64,000 nt of DNA from NCBI GenBank assembly GCA_045863335.1, contig BTVY01000012.1, forward strand, positions 64,001-128,000, given 5' to 3'. Both the position numbers and the translations under genes were made by a program. A model generated the notes under the pieces. That model saw nothing but the letters and a program-made list of their open reading frames with translations. It was not told the origin of the DNA and searched no databases. The first letter of the stretch is position 1. Each line of letters opens with the position of its first letter. Below are positions 1 through 8,564 of the stretch, one piece after another. Source of the DNA: Candidatus Hydrogenedentota bacterium (GTDB lineage Bacteria > Hydrogenedentota > Hydrogenedentia > Hydrogenedentales > SLHB01).

Positions 1-729
1 GTCGAGCAGGAACTCGAGGAACTCGTCGATCACCACGCCTTTGGCGGCGGCTTCGCCATCATCGTCGATTTCCTGGTTGCCGCTGGTGATATGCCGAATG
101 GCGCCGTCGATGACGATGGTGCCCGGGCCCGCGTCGAACGCGACCAGTTCGTCGAAGCTCGGCGGGATGACGGAGAGTGTGCTGATGCCGCCGAGGTGGA
201 GGCGCGCCATGATGCGGTCCTCGCGGGCGAACAACACGAAATCGGAATAGGTGGAGATAGGACCGCCCTGTCCGCCGGCCGCCATGTCACGGGCGCGGAA
301 ATCCGAGGCTACGGGCAAACCGGTTCGTTCCGCAATAACGGCCGACTCGCCGACCTGAAAGGTGCCGGTGGCCTGGTCATACCCACGGGGCGGATAGTGG
401 GCCACGGTAAATCCGGTGGAAGCGACGAAATCGACCTCGCACATCTCGGACTGCGCGAGGCGGACCATTTCCTGGGCGGCGTCCGCGAGGAACTCGCCGA
501 GTTCGAAGTTGAGCAGGCAGACTTCGCGCACGTCCTTCTTGGCCACGATCAGGCGCGTGCGCAAACCCGAGGAATAGGGGAAATGGCGCGTCTTCATGAG
601 CTTCATGTGGAGGCCCGGTCCGCTCCCCTTGATGCGGACCAGTGCGGCGTCTACCCCGCGGGCAGAACTGCCGCAGGTCAAACCTATGGCGAATCGCGTC
701 GCCTTCTTGGAGATTGCCTGGAAAAGCAT
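1..729 (-). CDS. anmK: Anhydro-N-acetylmuramic acid kinase-like protein (divergent), 3' end truncated by window edge
   Basis: Not in ORF track; manual translation from ATG 729: MLFQAISKKATRFAIGLTCGSSARGVDAALVRI...ERTGLPVASDFRARDMAAGGQGGPI...LHLGGIS...AFDAGPG; AAAGGT RBS upstream; frame open to position 1. Confidence 0.85.
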   Translation of the reverse strand, partial: MLFQAISKKATRFAIGLTCGSSARGVDAALVRIKGSGPGLHMKLMKTRHFPYSSGLRTRLIVAKKDVREVCLLNFELGEFLADAAQEMVRLAQSEMCEVDFVASTGFTVAHYPPRGYDQATGTFQVGESAVIAERTGLPVASDFRARDMAAGGQGGPISTYSDFVLFAREDRIMARLHLGGISTLSVIPPSFDELVAFDAGPGTIVIDGAIRHITSGNQEIDDDGEAAAKGVVIDEFLEFLLD

Positions 730-762
730 CGTCTACCTTTACTTACGTCCGCGGGCCGGCAC

Positions 763-2415
763 TCACTTCACGGTTTCCAACAGTGCATTGCCAAAGTAGT
801 GGAGCAGAATGTCCCCGTACCCCGCACCGGCAAGCGCCATGCCCCGCGCGCCATGCTGACACAATCCTACCCCATGGCCACGTCCGCCGCCAACAAAGGT
901 GAACGCGGTTGATCCGTCAGCCCTTATTAATACCATGGCGCTGGGCAAACCGCCAAACGCTTGGCGGATAGGGAGTTCCTTGCGAATGGTCACACTGCCG
1001 GAGGAGCCGGTGACGGTGACGGACTTGAGCCGGCCACTCACGCCCCGCTCGCCGGGGGTGATGGAGCGCACCGTGCCGACCTTGTAGCGCTGGTTAACGA
1101 GCCGCGTCACCTCGGCCACGGTGAGCCGCCGGGACCAGCGGAACCCCGCGTCGCCGCTGCAGTAGGCGTTCGGCTGTTGTTGCAGCCATTTCCCCAGATT
1201 GGCGGACGGCGTGGAGGTTGGAACCGTTCCCTTCGGAAAGTCAGCCGCGCCGCGCAGGCTCATGTCCGGTGGCGAAGACCAGACGGCATCGTTGTCCTCA
1301 GACCAACCGCCGCAGTTGGAGCTGAACACGGCCGGGATGGTGCGGACGCCATCCGTCAGGACTTGGCCGCGTGTCGCGACGACGGCGGCATCGGTGGCGG
1401 GGTGCCGGCCGCTGAATCCGCCGTAGACCCGGTCGCCCTCGCTGTTCGTGAAATTAAACCCGTTAAGAATATGCTTGAGCGCGAGGTGCCCCAGGACGTC
1501 GCTTCGAGCAGCGATGGCCTGGGCTTTCAACGCTTCGGACGGCCACAGGGCGGGCATTTCCGCGGGTAGCACCCCGGCGAGGTAGTCTTCCACCGGGAGC
1601 GTTTCGAAGACGCTCAACGCGGAATCGGACTCGACCGCCAGGCTGATTTCTCCGGTGTAAGACGCACCGGACCGGTCGCCGGGGTGGCTGACGCGAATCG
1701 GGGCCGTCGAGGTCAACCGGAAGGGTACGGGCCAATTCATGGTGTGGCCATCGGGTGATTTGGCCGTGACGGTTCCGCTGCCCGGCAGAATGGTCTCGGG
1801 CCGGACCCAGGACCACTGGTTGTCCTGTTCCAGTTCCTTCTTGAAGGCGTTGGCCTGGGCTTCGGTTTCAAAACGGTGCAGGGAAATCCAATACTCCCGG
1901 CCGTCGAGGATGTGGCCGGACGCGGTCCGGTAACGCGACCCCATGAGGATGGGTTCCACGGGATAGCCTTGTGCGCGCCATCCCTCCACATAGGCATTCA
2001 TCACGTCCGCTTCATGGGGTTTGAAGGTTTTGACGAAATTGTGGAAATGCTGGCGCGGCGGAGTGGCCTGGGTCAGGGTGAGCGACCACGACGCGCCCGG
2101 GAGATCGAGCGCCCCCCCATCATGTTCGAGGCGTATTGCGCTGGTGCTTTGAATGTCTACCGACCGCGCGCCGTGAAAGAGCCGAATCGTGACAGGCGGA
2201 TTCGCCTCGGTGACAGTGTCCTCGGGTTTCGACTCAGGCGCCGGGGCCGGAGCGGACGCCGGTTGCGGCGCGGGTGCGGGTGCAGGCGCTGCTACAGGCC
2301 ACGGCGCTGGCGGCGGCTCGGGTGAGCGGCAACCGGTCCATGTCGCGCCAATCACTAGAACCAAGAACGCAAGACTCGCACGCCACAAGCCGTGCCCCGT
2401 TAGGGGCGAAATCAC
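763..2415 (-). CDS. SpoIID/LytB domain lipoprotein (putative lytic transglycosylase)
   Basis: YLAGVLPAEMPALWPSEALKAQAIAARS and GHGVGLCQHGARGMA...ILLHYF motifs; lipobox-like WTGC followed by Pro/Ala linker; start placed at GTG 2415 (uncertain). Confidence 0.88.
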   Translation of the reverse strand: MISPLTGHGLWRASLAFLVLVIGATWTGCRSPEPPPAPWPVAAPAPAPAPQPASAPAPAPESKPEDTVTEANPPVTIRLFHGARSVDIQSTSAIRLEHDGGALDLPGASWSLTLTQATPPRQHFHNFVKTFKPHEADVMNAYVEGWRAQGYPVEPILMGSRYRTASGHILDGREYWISLHRFETEAQANAFKKELEQDNQWSWVRPETILPGSGTVTAKSPDGHTMNWPVPFRLTSTAPIRVSHPGDRSGASYTGEISLAVESDSALSVFETLPVEDYLAGVLPAEMPALWPSEALKAQAIAARSDVLGHLALKHILNGFNFTNSEGDRVYGGFSGRHPATDAAVVATRGQVLTDGVRTIPAVFSSNCGGWSEDNDAVWSSPPDMSLRGAADFPKGTVPTSTPSANLGKWLQQQPNAYCSGDAGFRWSRRLTVAEVTRLVNQRYKVGTVRSITPGERGVSGRLKSVTVTGSSGSVTIRKELPIRQAFGGLPSAMVLIRADGSTAFTFVGGGRGHGVGLCQHGARGMALAGAGYGDILLHYFGNALLETVK

Positions 2416-2428
2416 GCCGCGGACGTGA

Positions 2429-2703
2429 CCCAGGGCATCGCCCTGGGAACGGGAACGCAAGAAATGAATCGCCCTGAAAGGGCGAAACACGGACCTTGCA
2501 GTGGTCGCGTTCTCCGATTTCGATTGGATGTTGCGCTCCTTCAGAGCTTGAACATGGAGAGTACGTTCGTATCCCAGGGCGTTGCCCTGGGCTATCCTAT
2601 TGTGGCCTTTCAGGCCAATTTTTGGGATGGTCGGACGAAGCCGGGTTGCATGAACGGCGACGTCGAGTAGGGTTCGAAGAAGCAGGCGGGACGCCTGCGC
2701 TAC
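2429..2703. repeat. REP/REPIN-like palindromic cluster
   Basis: CCCAGGGC-N3-GCCCTGGG at 2429-2447 and 2573-2591; CGCCCTGAAAGGGCG 2470-2484; CGCTCCTTCAGAGC 2534-2547; GGCCTTTCAGGCC 2604-2616; GCAGGCGGGACGCCTGCGCTAC 2682-2703. Confidence 0.75.
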
Positions 2704-2731
2704 ATGGCTGGTGACATTGGTGCTCGGGGAG

Positions 2732-4594
2732 TCAATCACGTTCCAATGCGGCACGCAGGTTTCCTTTCGATTCGGTTAGTTGCGCCTCGGCTTGGTCGCG
2801 GGGGACGCCACGGCGTTTCATGAGGACGGCCACGCGTATGTCGTCGCCCGCGACGCGCAACTGGGTGTCCGCCTCGGACTCGGGCAAGCCGGTCAACGCA
2901 GCGACGATGCGCGTGGCGCGTTTGCGCAGTTTCGCGTTCATGGGTTTGACGCCCACCATGTATCCCTCGAAGATGCGACCGGAAAGAGCCATGGCGCCGG
3001 TGGAGATCATGTTGAGCACGAGCTTCGTGGCGGTGCCGGCCTTGAGGCGCGTCGACCCGGGCAGGACTTCCGGCCCGGTGTCCAACGCAATGGTCCAGTC
3101 GGCAATGCTGTGCGCAGAGGGATTGCAGCATAGCAGGCACGTGTATGCGCCGTGCCGCTTCGCTTCCGCGAGGCCCGCGTGCACGTACGGAGTGGTGCCC
3201 GAGGCGGCGATTCCGACGACCACGTCATGCTCGCATAGCTTCGGTTGTAATGCGCCCAGATCGGCGACGGCCGCGGCCTCGTCGTCTTCGACGCCTTCGC
3301 CGCTGGAGCGGAGCGCCGCGTCGCCGCCCGCGATGATGCCGACGACCTGTCCAGGGTCCACTCCGAAGGTGGGCGGGCATTCCGACGCGTCCAGTACACC
3401 AAGCCTTCCGCTCGTTCCCGCGCCAAGGTAGATAAGCCGTCCACCGGCTGCGAACGCGTCAGCAACGCGCTGCACCATATGAGCGATCGGTGCGCGGGCG
3501 GCGCGCGTGGCGTCGACGGCTTCCTGGTCAGCGTCGCACATGCGCGCAACGATGGCGTCGGCGGTGAGGGTGTCGAGGAATCGCTCGTGTTGCGTTGCGG
3601 ATTCCGTTCGGGAGAGGACCACTTCCGTCGCGACGGATCCGGCGCGAGCTTCGGAAACGAACAGCGAGCGACTGGGGTCGGCAATCAGACGCAAACTCGC
3701 CGCGGTTCCATCAAACCGCGTTCGCTCAAACGTAGAAGGCAAAGCAGGGTTGCCATGACAATTCTTAACCATCGACTGAGCACGGTCGACGAGTTCGGGA
3801 AGCGCGTCGACCACGCCCCCGTGAATGTACATAGGGGCAGCATTCGTCAGTCCGGTTTCAAGTGCCGCGTTGGCAGCGAGTGCGAACAATTCGGTTAGGG
3901 CGTCAACGACACATCCCTCCGCCGCGCTATCCGAATCGTGATACAGAGCAATCACCGCCGGTGCCAGCGACGCGACGTCCTGCTTCGTCGCGGAACGCGA
4001 CCAGACGATCAACTCGGAAAAGGTGCGCAGTCCCGCAGCTTCCGGTAGCGCGTCCACCAACTTGGTGGGTCCGCATTGACCGTCTAGGGACGCGGCGGCG
4101 GCGCGCAAGGCGCGGACTGCAATGTCGTAGGCGCTGCCCACGTCGCCGAAAAGCGCGCCACGGCCGCCGAAGATGCGGGGCTGGCCTCCGGCAGTCTTTG
4201 CGATGACGCTGGAGCCCGTGCCCGCAATGACGACCATGCCCTCGCCGTCGCCGATGTTGGCGTGCAGCATGGTGTCCACATCGCTGGCGACCACGGCGCG
4301 TCGCACACCCAGCGACTGGACCAGTCCATTCGCGATGGCATTACGCAGCATCTCATTCCGCGCGCCGGAGATCCCGGCAGCGACTTCGCAGGTTGACGCG
4401 TCCCGCGCACCGAGCAGTTCCCGGCCGAGTTGGATCAGCATGCGAAGTGACTGTGGAACTCCCAACTCAACCGGGTTGGACGGACCGCCCGTTCGTTCTG
4501 CAATCGCGTTGCCTTCCGCGTCATAGAGTGCGGCGCGTGTGGCCGTGCCGCCGCCATCAAACGCAAGGTAGATTGTGTCGTGAGGATCTGTCAT
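2732..4594 (-). CDS. murQ: Fused BadF/BadG/BcrA/BcrD-family amino-sugar kinase + N-acetylmuramic acid 6-phosphate etherase
   Basis: N-term FDGGGT, GPSNP, IAGTGS, GDVGSA; C-term GGRLIYLGAGTSGRLGVLDASECPPTFG, GPEVLPGSTRLKAGTATKLVLNMIST; ATG 4594 overlaps upstream stop (ATGA). Confidence 0.92.
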   Translation of the reverse strand: MTDPHDTIYLAFDGGGTATRAALYDAEGNAIAERTGGPSNPVELGVPQSLRMLIQLGRELLGARDASTCEVAAGISGARNEMLRNAIANGLVQSLGVRRAVVASDVDTMLHANIGDGEGMVVIAGTGSSVIAKTAGGQPRIFGGRGALFGDVGSAYDIAVRALRAAAASLDGQCGPTKLVDALPEAAGLRTFSELIVWSRSATKQDVASLAPAVIALYHDSDSAAEGCVVDALTELFALAANAALETGLTNAAPMYIHGGVVDALPELVDRAQSMVKNCHGNPALPSTFERTRFDGTAASLRLIADPSRSLFVSEARAGSVATEVVLSRTESATQHERFLDTLTADAIVARMCDADQEAVDATRAARAPIAHMVQRVADAFAAGGRLIYLGAGTSGRLGVLDASECPPTFGVDPGQVVGIIAGGDAALRSSGEGVEDDEAAAVADLGALQPKLCEHDVVVGIAASGTTPYVHAGLAEAKRHGAYTCLLCCNPSAHSIADWTIALDTGPEVLPGSTRLKAGTATKLVLNMISTGAMALSGRIFEGYMVGVKPMNAKLRKRATRIVAALTGLPESEADTQLRVAGDDIRVAVLMKRRGVPRDQAEAQLTESKGNLRAALERD

Positions 4595-5883
4595 GAGACT
4601 CGCGCTGCCTGCGCATACTTCTCCACGATCCCGACACGGATCGTGCCGTTCTCGCAGATGTCCTTGTAGAGATAGGCGCTTGGGTTGGGCGTCCGCGCGA
4701 GGGTCTCGCGATCGACGTGGACCAATCCGTACCGCGCGGCATATCCGTCGATCCATTCAAAGCCATCCAACATGGAGCGATGAAAATAGCCGCGCACATG
4801 GATACCTTGCGCGAGGGCTTCCTGCACGATCGCCAGATGATTCACGAGGTATGCGCACCGCGCGGCGTCATCCGTTGTATCGAGGCCATTTCCGGTTATG
4901 TAAATGGGCTTTCCGTATTCGGAAATCGTTTTGAGCACTTCCCGCAGCCCCTCCGGGTCCGTTTCATACCGGGGGGGTCGTATCGGACTTCCCGTTGGAT
5001 CGGTTAATGCCCGAAAGAACTGTCGCGGTTTCCCGGCGCGAAAGCAGACGCGCTCTTTTCCGTAATACGAAACCGCGATAAAATCCGCGCCCCCCCCCAG
5101 ACGTCGCGCACCACCGAGCGGAAACGGGGCCTCGTCCCGAATCATCGCCGCGGGAAACAGGTCGTTGGCCCGGCGCATTTCACGGCGCGCCGCCCTCAGG
5201 TCCCAGGCGCTCTCTTCGTTTACCGGCACGCAATTGCGCGCGCGGATGGAAAGGCCCACTGCGGCCTCCGGCTGAAGGCGTTGGATGATGGCGTAGCTCT
5301 CCGCTTGGGCGTGCATCAGCGCGTTCAACGCAGTGAATATAGACCAAATGCCGCGCCGCCCCGGAGGCCATTGTCCTTCGAGCCACGCCATGGTGGCGAG
5401 GTGTTCCGGTTCCAGCAACGGAATCCAATGCGCGCAGTATTCGGAAAGGGCCTCGACGACGCGCTGCACAAAAGCGCCGAAGGTGCGCGCTGCGTCGCGC
5501 TGCAACCATCCTCCCCGATCGGCAAACCAGGCCGGCAACGTCACATGATTGAGCGCGCAGATGGGCGTCATGCCGCGCCGCCGCAGGGCCTCCGCGACGT
5601 GTGCGTAATGAACGAGCGCCTCGGGATCGAAATGGTCGGGTTCGGGCTGGACCCGGCTCCACTCGATCGAAAACAGATGCGCGTTGTGACCCAGTTTGCG
5701 CGCGAGTTCGAAATCCGATTCGTAGTGTTCGAAATGCTCCGAGGCGCGACTCGACGTGCGACGGTCGGCGATGCGGCCGGGACGCTGTTCCCAGCGCCAC
5801 CAATCGGCATTAAAGTTGCCCCCTTCCACTTTGTACGCGGACGTAGTGGCTCCCCAGAGAAAGTCTTTCGGAAAGGCGTTCAC
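4591..5883 (-). CDS. Glycoside hydrolase family 1-fold protein with non-canonical active site
   Basis: FPKDFLWGATTSAYKVEG, FSIEWSRVQP, GYFHRSMLDGFEW; LEP and ITGNG in place of NEP and ITENG; GTG start 5883 with GGAG RBS. Confidence 0.9.
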   Translation of the reverse strand: MNAFPKDFLWGATTSAYKVEGGNFNADWWRWEQRPGRIADRRTSSRASEHFEHYESDFELARKLGHNAHLFSIEWSRVQPEPDHFDPEALVHYAHVAEALRRRGMTPICALNHVTLPAWFADRGGWLQRDAARTFGAFVQRVVEALSEYCAHWIPLLEPEHLATMAWLEGQWPPGRRGIWSIFTALNALMHAQAESYAIIQRLQPEAAVGLSIRARNCVPVNEESAWDLRAARREMRRANDLFPAAMIRDEAPFPLGGARRLGGGADFIAVSYYGKERVCFRAGKPRQFFRALTDPTGSPIRPPRYETDPEGLREVLKTISEYGKPIYITGNGLDTTDDAARCAYLVNHLAIVQEALAQGIHVRGYFHRSMLDGFEWIDGYAARYGLVHVDRETLARTPNPSAYLYKDICENGTIRVGIVEKYAQAARVS

Positions 5884-5988
5884 ACGGTACTCCCCACCGC
5901 GTCTCATGTCTGATGTCCGCCAGCCAGCAGCGGGGTGACAACGGTGCGCCCCAATGGTAGCATGGCCGTCTCGCATGGAGAAAACGGA

Positions 5989-6936
5989 ATGACAACCAAC
6001 GAGGTGGCCGTACTGATGGCCTTGCTCCGGATACCCGGCGCAGGAACGGTGTCCGCGCGACGCGCCGTGGCCTTGGCGGCGCACCTCGGCGTTCCGCTCG
6101 ATGCGCTTCCACTCATTCCCACACGGCAACTGTTGGAGCAGTTCCCGACGAGTCAGACCGATCAATTGGCGTCTTTCCTTCCGCAATGTACCGGGGAAGC
6201 CTGCGACCATGAGGTGAGGTTCCTGGATCGTATACTCCGGTCGGGAGCCCAAGTCATCACCTGCGCGGACGGTGACTATCCCGATTCACTCGCTCGCGAC
6301 TTGGGGAATCGGGCGCCCGCCCTGCTTTTCCTGGCAGGCGATCGGGAACTGCTCGAAGCGCCTTCGGCCGCGGTCGTTGGCGCGCGGGAAGTCAGCCGGC
6401 GCGGTGCGATGCTGGCAGGCGAAACCGCAGCCGTCTTCGCGGGCGCCGGCATCAACGTGGTGAGCGGCGGCGCGACGGGGGTCGATTCGGCGGCCCATGC
6501 GACGGCGCTGGCGCATGGCGGTACGACGGTCGTCGTATTGCCGCAGGGTCTGTTACCCTTCCGCGGTTCGCGCGAGTTGCTGCAAGCGGTGGAGGACGGC
6601 CGTGCGGCGATTCTGAGCGAGTTCTTGCCCGACATGACGTGGCAAACCCACGCCGCGGTAACGCGCAACGCGACGATCAGCGCGCTGTCGAACTTGGTCT
6701 GCGTCATCGAACCCAAGAAGCAGGGCGGCAGCGTGCGGACCGCTCGGCTGGCCATCGAGCATGGGAAACGCGTGCTCGTCTATTGCGACGCGCAGCACCT
6801 GGATCTGGGTACCACGTTGACCCGTTCGGGCGCGGTGTCACTACTCGATGCCGAGGGCCAGTTCAACCCGGAATACCTGCTTCAGCAGTGGAATTCAGCC
6901 CCCGCTCAATCCGCGGGACAGACGGAACTCTTTTAA
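5989..6936 (+). CDS. dprA: DNA-processing protein DprA/Smf family
   Basis: DYPDSL..APALLFLAG, AVVGAR, VVSGGATGVDSAAHATAL, RNATISALS, GGS..TARLAIEHGK. Confidence 0.85.
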   Translation: MTTNEVAVLMALLRIPGAGTVSARRAVALAAHLGVPLDALPLIPTRQLLEQFPTSQTDQLASFLPQCTGEACDHEVRFLDRILRSGAQVITCADGDYPDSLARDLGNRAPALLFLAGDRELLEAPSAAVVGAREVSRRGAMLAGETAAVFAGAGINVVSGGATGVDSAAHATALAHGGTTVVVLPQGLLPFRGSRELLQAVEDGRAAILSEFLPDMTWQTHAAVTRNATISALSNLVCVIEPKKQGGSVRTARLAIEHGKRVLVYCDAQHLDLGTTLTRSGAVSLLDAEGQFNPEYLLQQWNSAPAQSAGQTELF

Positions 6937-7034
6937 GGACGGCGGCCATCGCGATTCGCCGGATTTGTGATAATCTGTGCGTGTCTGAGTTCGCGAAATC
7001 TGCAAGGCAATCACTCTAATTAGGAGAACCGCCC

Positions 7035-7925
7035 ATGGCGACAGAAGCTGTACCCTACCGGTCTATCCACGAAATGGCGGGGACGACCTTCGCGCCGCTC
7101 AAATCCCCGGCGGACGCGGAGCGGTTCAAACTCAGCGAGGCGCAAGTGACGGAGTTCCGCGAACGTGGTTTCGTCAAGGGTCCCCGTGTGTTGGACGACC
7201 GGCAAATCGAGGTCTTGCGCGAAGGCCTGGAACGCATCCGCACCGGCGAGAACGAACGGCTGGGCGAACTGTATGAAGTCGATGAAGCGTGGAAGAGCGC
7301 ACCCGAACAGAACGTCTTCCATTTCCTCGGCGCGTGGCGCATCGATGAGGCGTTCCACGACATCCTGTTCCACCCGGCCATCGCGATTCCGGTGGGCCAA
7401 TTGCTCGATACGCCGCGCGTGCGGTTCTGGCACGACCAGGTCTTCTACAAACCGGCGCGGCATCCGGGCGTGGTCGCTTGGCACCAGGATTACTCGTACT
7501 GGACCCGCAGCGTGCCTGCGCGGCACCTGACGGTGTGGATCGGACTCGACGATTCGACGCTGGCCAACGGCTGCATCCACTTCGTGCCCGGCAGTCACAA
7601 GTGGCCGCTGTTGCCGAAACTGCAACTCCTCGAAAACATGGATGCTATCCGCGACATACTCACGCCGGAACAACTCGAAGAGTTCAAACCCGAACCCTTG
7701 GAGCTGAAGGCCGGCGAATGCTCCTTCCACGACTGCATGACGCTCCACGGGTCCTACGGCAACAACTCCGACATCCCCCGGCGCGGGGTCGTCCTCAATT
7801 TTATGCATCCCGAAACGAAGAGCGCCGACGGCACGAAACCGTTGCTGGTGCATACTCCCGTGATCCCGGAAGGGGAAATCATCGAGGGAGAGGACTTTCC
7901 GATCGTGTATGGGGAAGACTGCTGA
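7035..7925 (+). CDS. Phytanoyl-CoA dioxygenase (PhyH) family Fe(II)/2-oxoglutarate dioxygenase
   Basis: WHQDYSYW, VWIGLDD..NGCIHFVPGSH, LHGSYGN..RR; AGGAG RBS. Confidence 0.9.
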   Translation: MATEAVPYRSIHEMAGTTFAPLKSPADAERFKLSEAQVTEFRERGFVKGPRVLDDRQIEVLREGLERIRTGENERLGELYEVDEAWKSAPEQNVFHFLGAWRIDEAFHDILFHPAIAIPVGQLLDTPRVRFWHDQVFYKPARHPGVVAWHQDYSYWTRSVPARHLTVWIGLDDSTLANGCIHFVPGSHKWPLLPKLQLLENMDAIRDILTPEQLEEFKPEPLELKAGECSFHDCMTLHGSYGNNSDIPRRGVVLNFMHPETKSADGTKPLLVHTPVIPEGEIIEGEDFPIVYGEDC

Positions 7926-8008
7926 AGAACGTCTCAGGTTCGCGCATGAACGTTCGTCGAGGGCAAACATGTTAGAATCTTAGGAGGAACTCGGTAAGCG
8001 GAGGCGAA

Positions 8009-8232
8009 ATGATGAACGTGAGAGCAGAGAACATCCCCGAGATTCGAGCCATGACTGTCCCAGAGAAACTCGTTCTCGTGGAAGAACTTTGGAATAGCAT
8101 CTCGGCGCAGGAATCCGAGGTTCCGGTACCCAAAGTCACATAGACGAATTGGTTCGGAGGCGCGAGGATCTCGACCCAGGAAGTTTGCTTTCTCTCGACG
8201 AGCTTCGCGCGCGAATCGACCGCAGGAAATGA
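8009..8232 (+). pseudogene. Frameshifted addiction-module antitoxin (TIGR02574/Unstab_antitox-like)
   Basis: MMNVRAENIPEIRAMTVPEKLVLVEELWNSI...VPVP then stop at 8141-8143; the -1 frame continues QSHIDELVRRR...SLDELRARIDRRK*. Confidence 0.75.
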
Positions 8233-8333
8233 GAGATCCCCTGAATCATCTCAGGAGTCCGAAATCGGGCGAATCCAGAATGAACTAGACGTAAATGAGA
8301 TACTTCCAAGCGGATTCAAGGGTATAATTAAGG

Positions 8334-8564
8334 ATGGACCAACTTACACGAATTACCTTCAACCCGGAAGTGATGGGGGGAAAGCCCTGCATTCGGGGGC
8401 TCCGAGTCACTGTAGGAACTGTGGTAGGGCTTGTCGCTTCGGGCCACTCTTCCGAAGAAATTCTCAGGCTTTACCCGTACCTTGAAGCGGAAGACATCAA
8501 AGAAGCGCTGTCTTACGCGGCATGGAGATCGGAAGAGGTCGAAGTACCAGTCAACCGCCAATGA
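8334..8564 (+). CDS. DUF433 family antitoxin
   Basis: RITFNPEVMGGKPCIRGLRVTV...EILRLYPYLEAEDIKEALSYAA. Confidence 0.92.
   Translation: MDQLTRITFNPEVMGGKPCIRGLRVTVGTVVGLVASGHSSEEILRLYPYLEAEDIKEALSYAAWRSEEVEVPVNRQ

Noticed and set aside
91-912. 273-aa + strand ORF
   Set aside because: Antisense shadow of the anmK-like gene
763-2754. Long N-terminal extension of the SpoIID ORF, and a sporulation interpretation
   Set aside because: The extension runs through the REP cluster; SpoIID/LytB domains are widespread in non-sporulators
8125-8143. Programmed -1 frameshift at CCCAAAG in the antitoxin
   Set aside because: Heptamer is in the wrong phase for tandem slippage; simple deletion or assembly error is more likely
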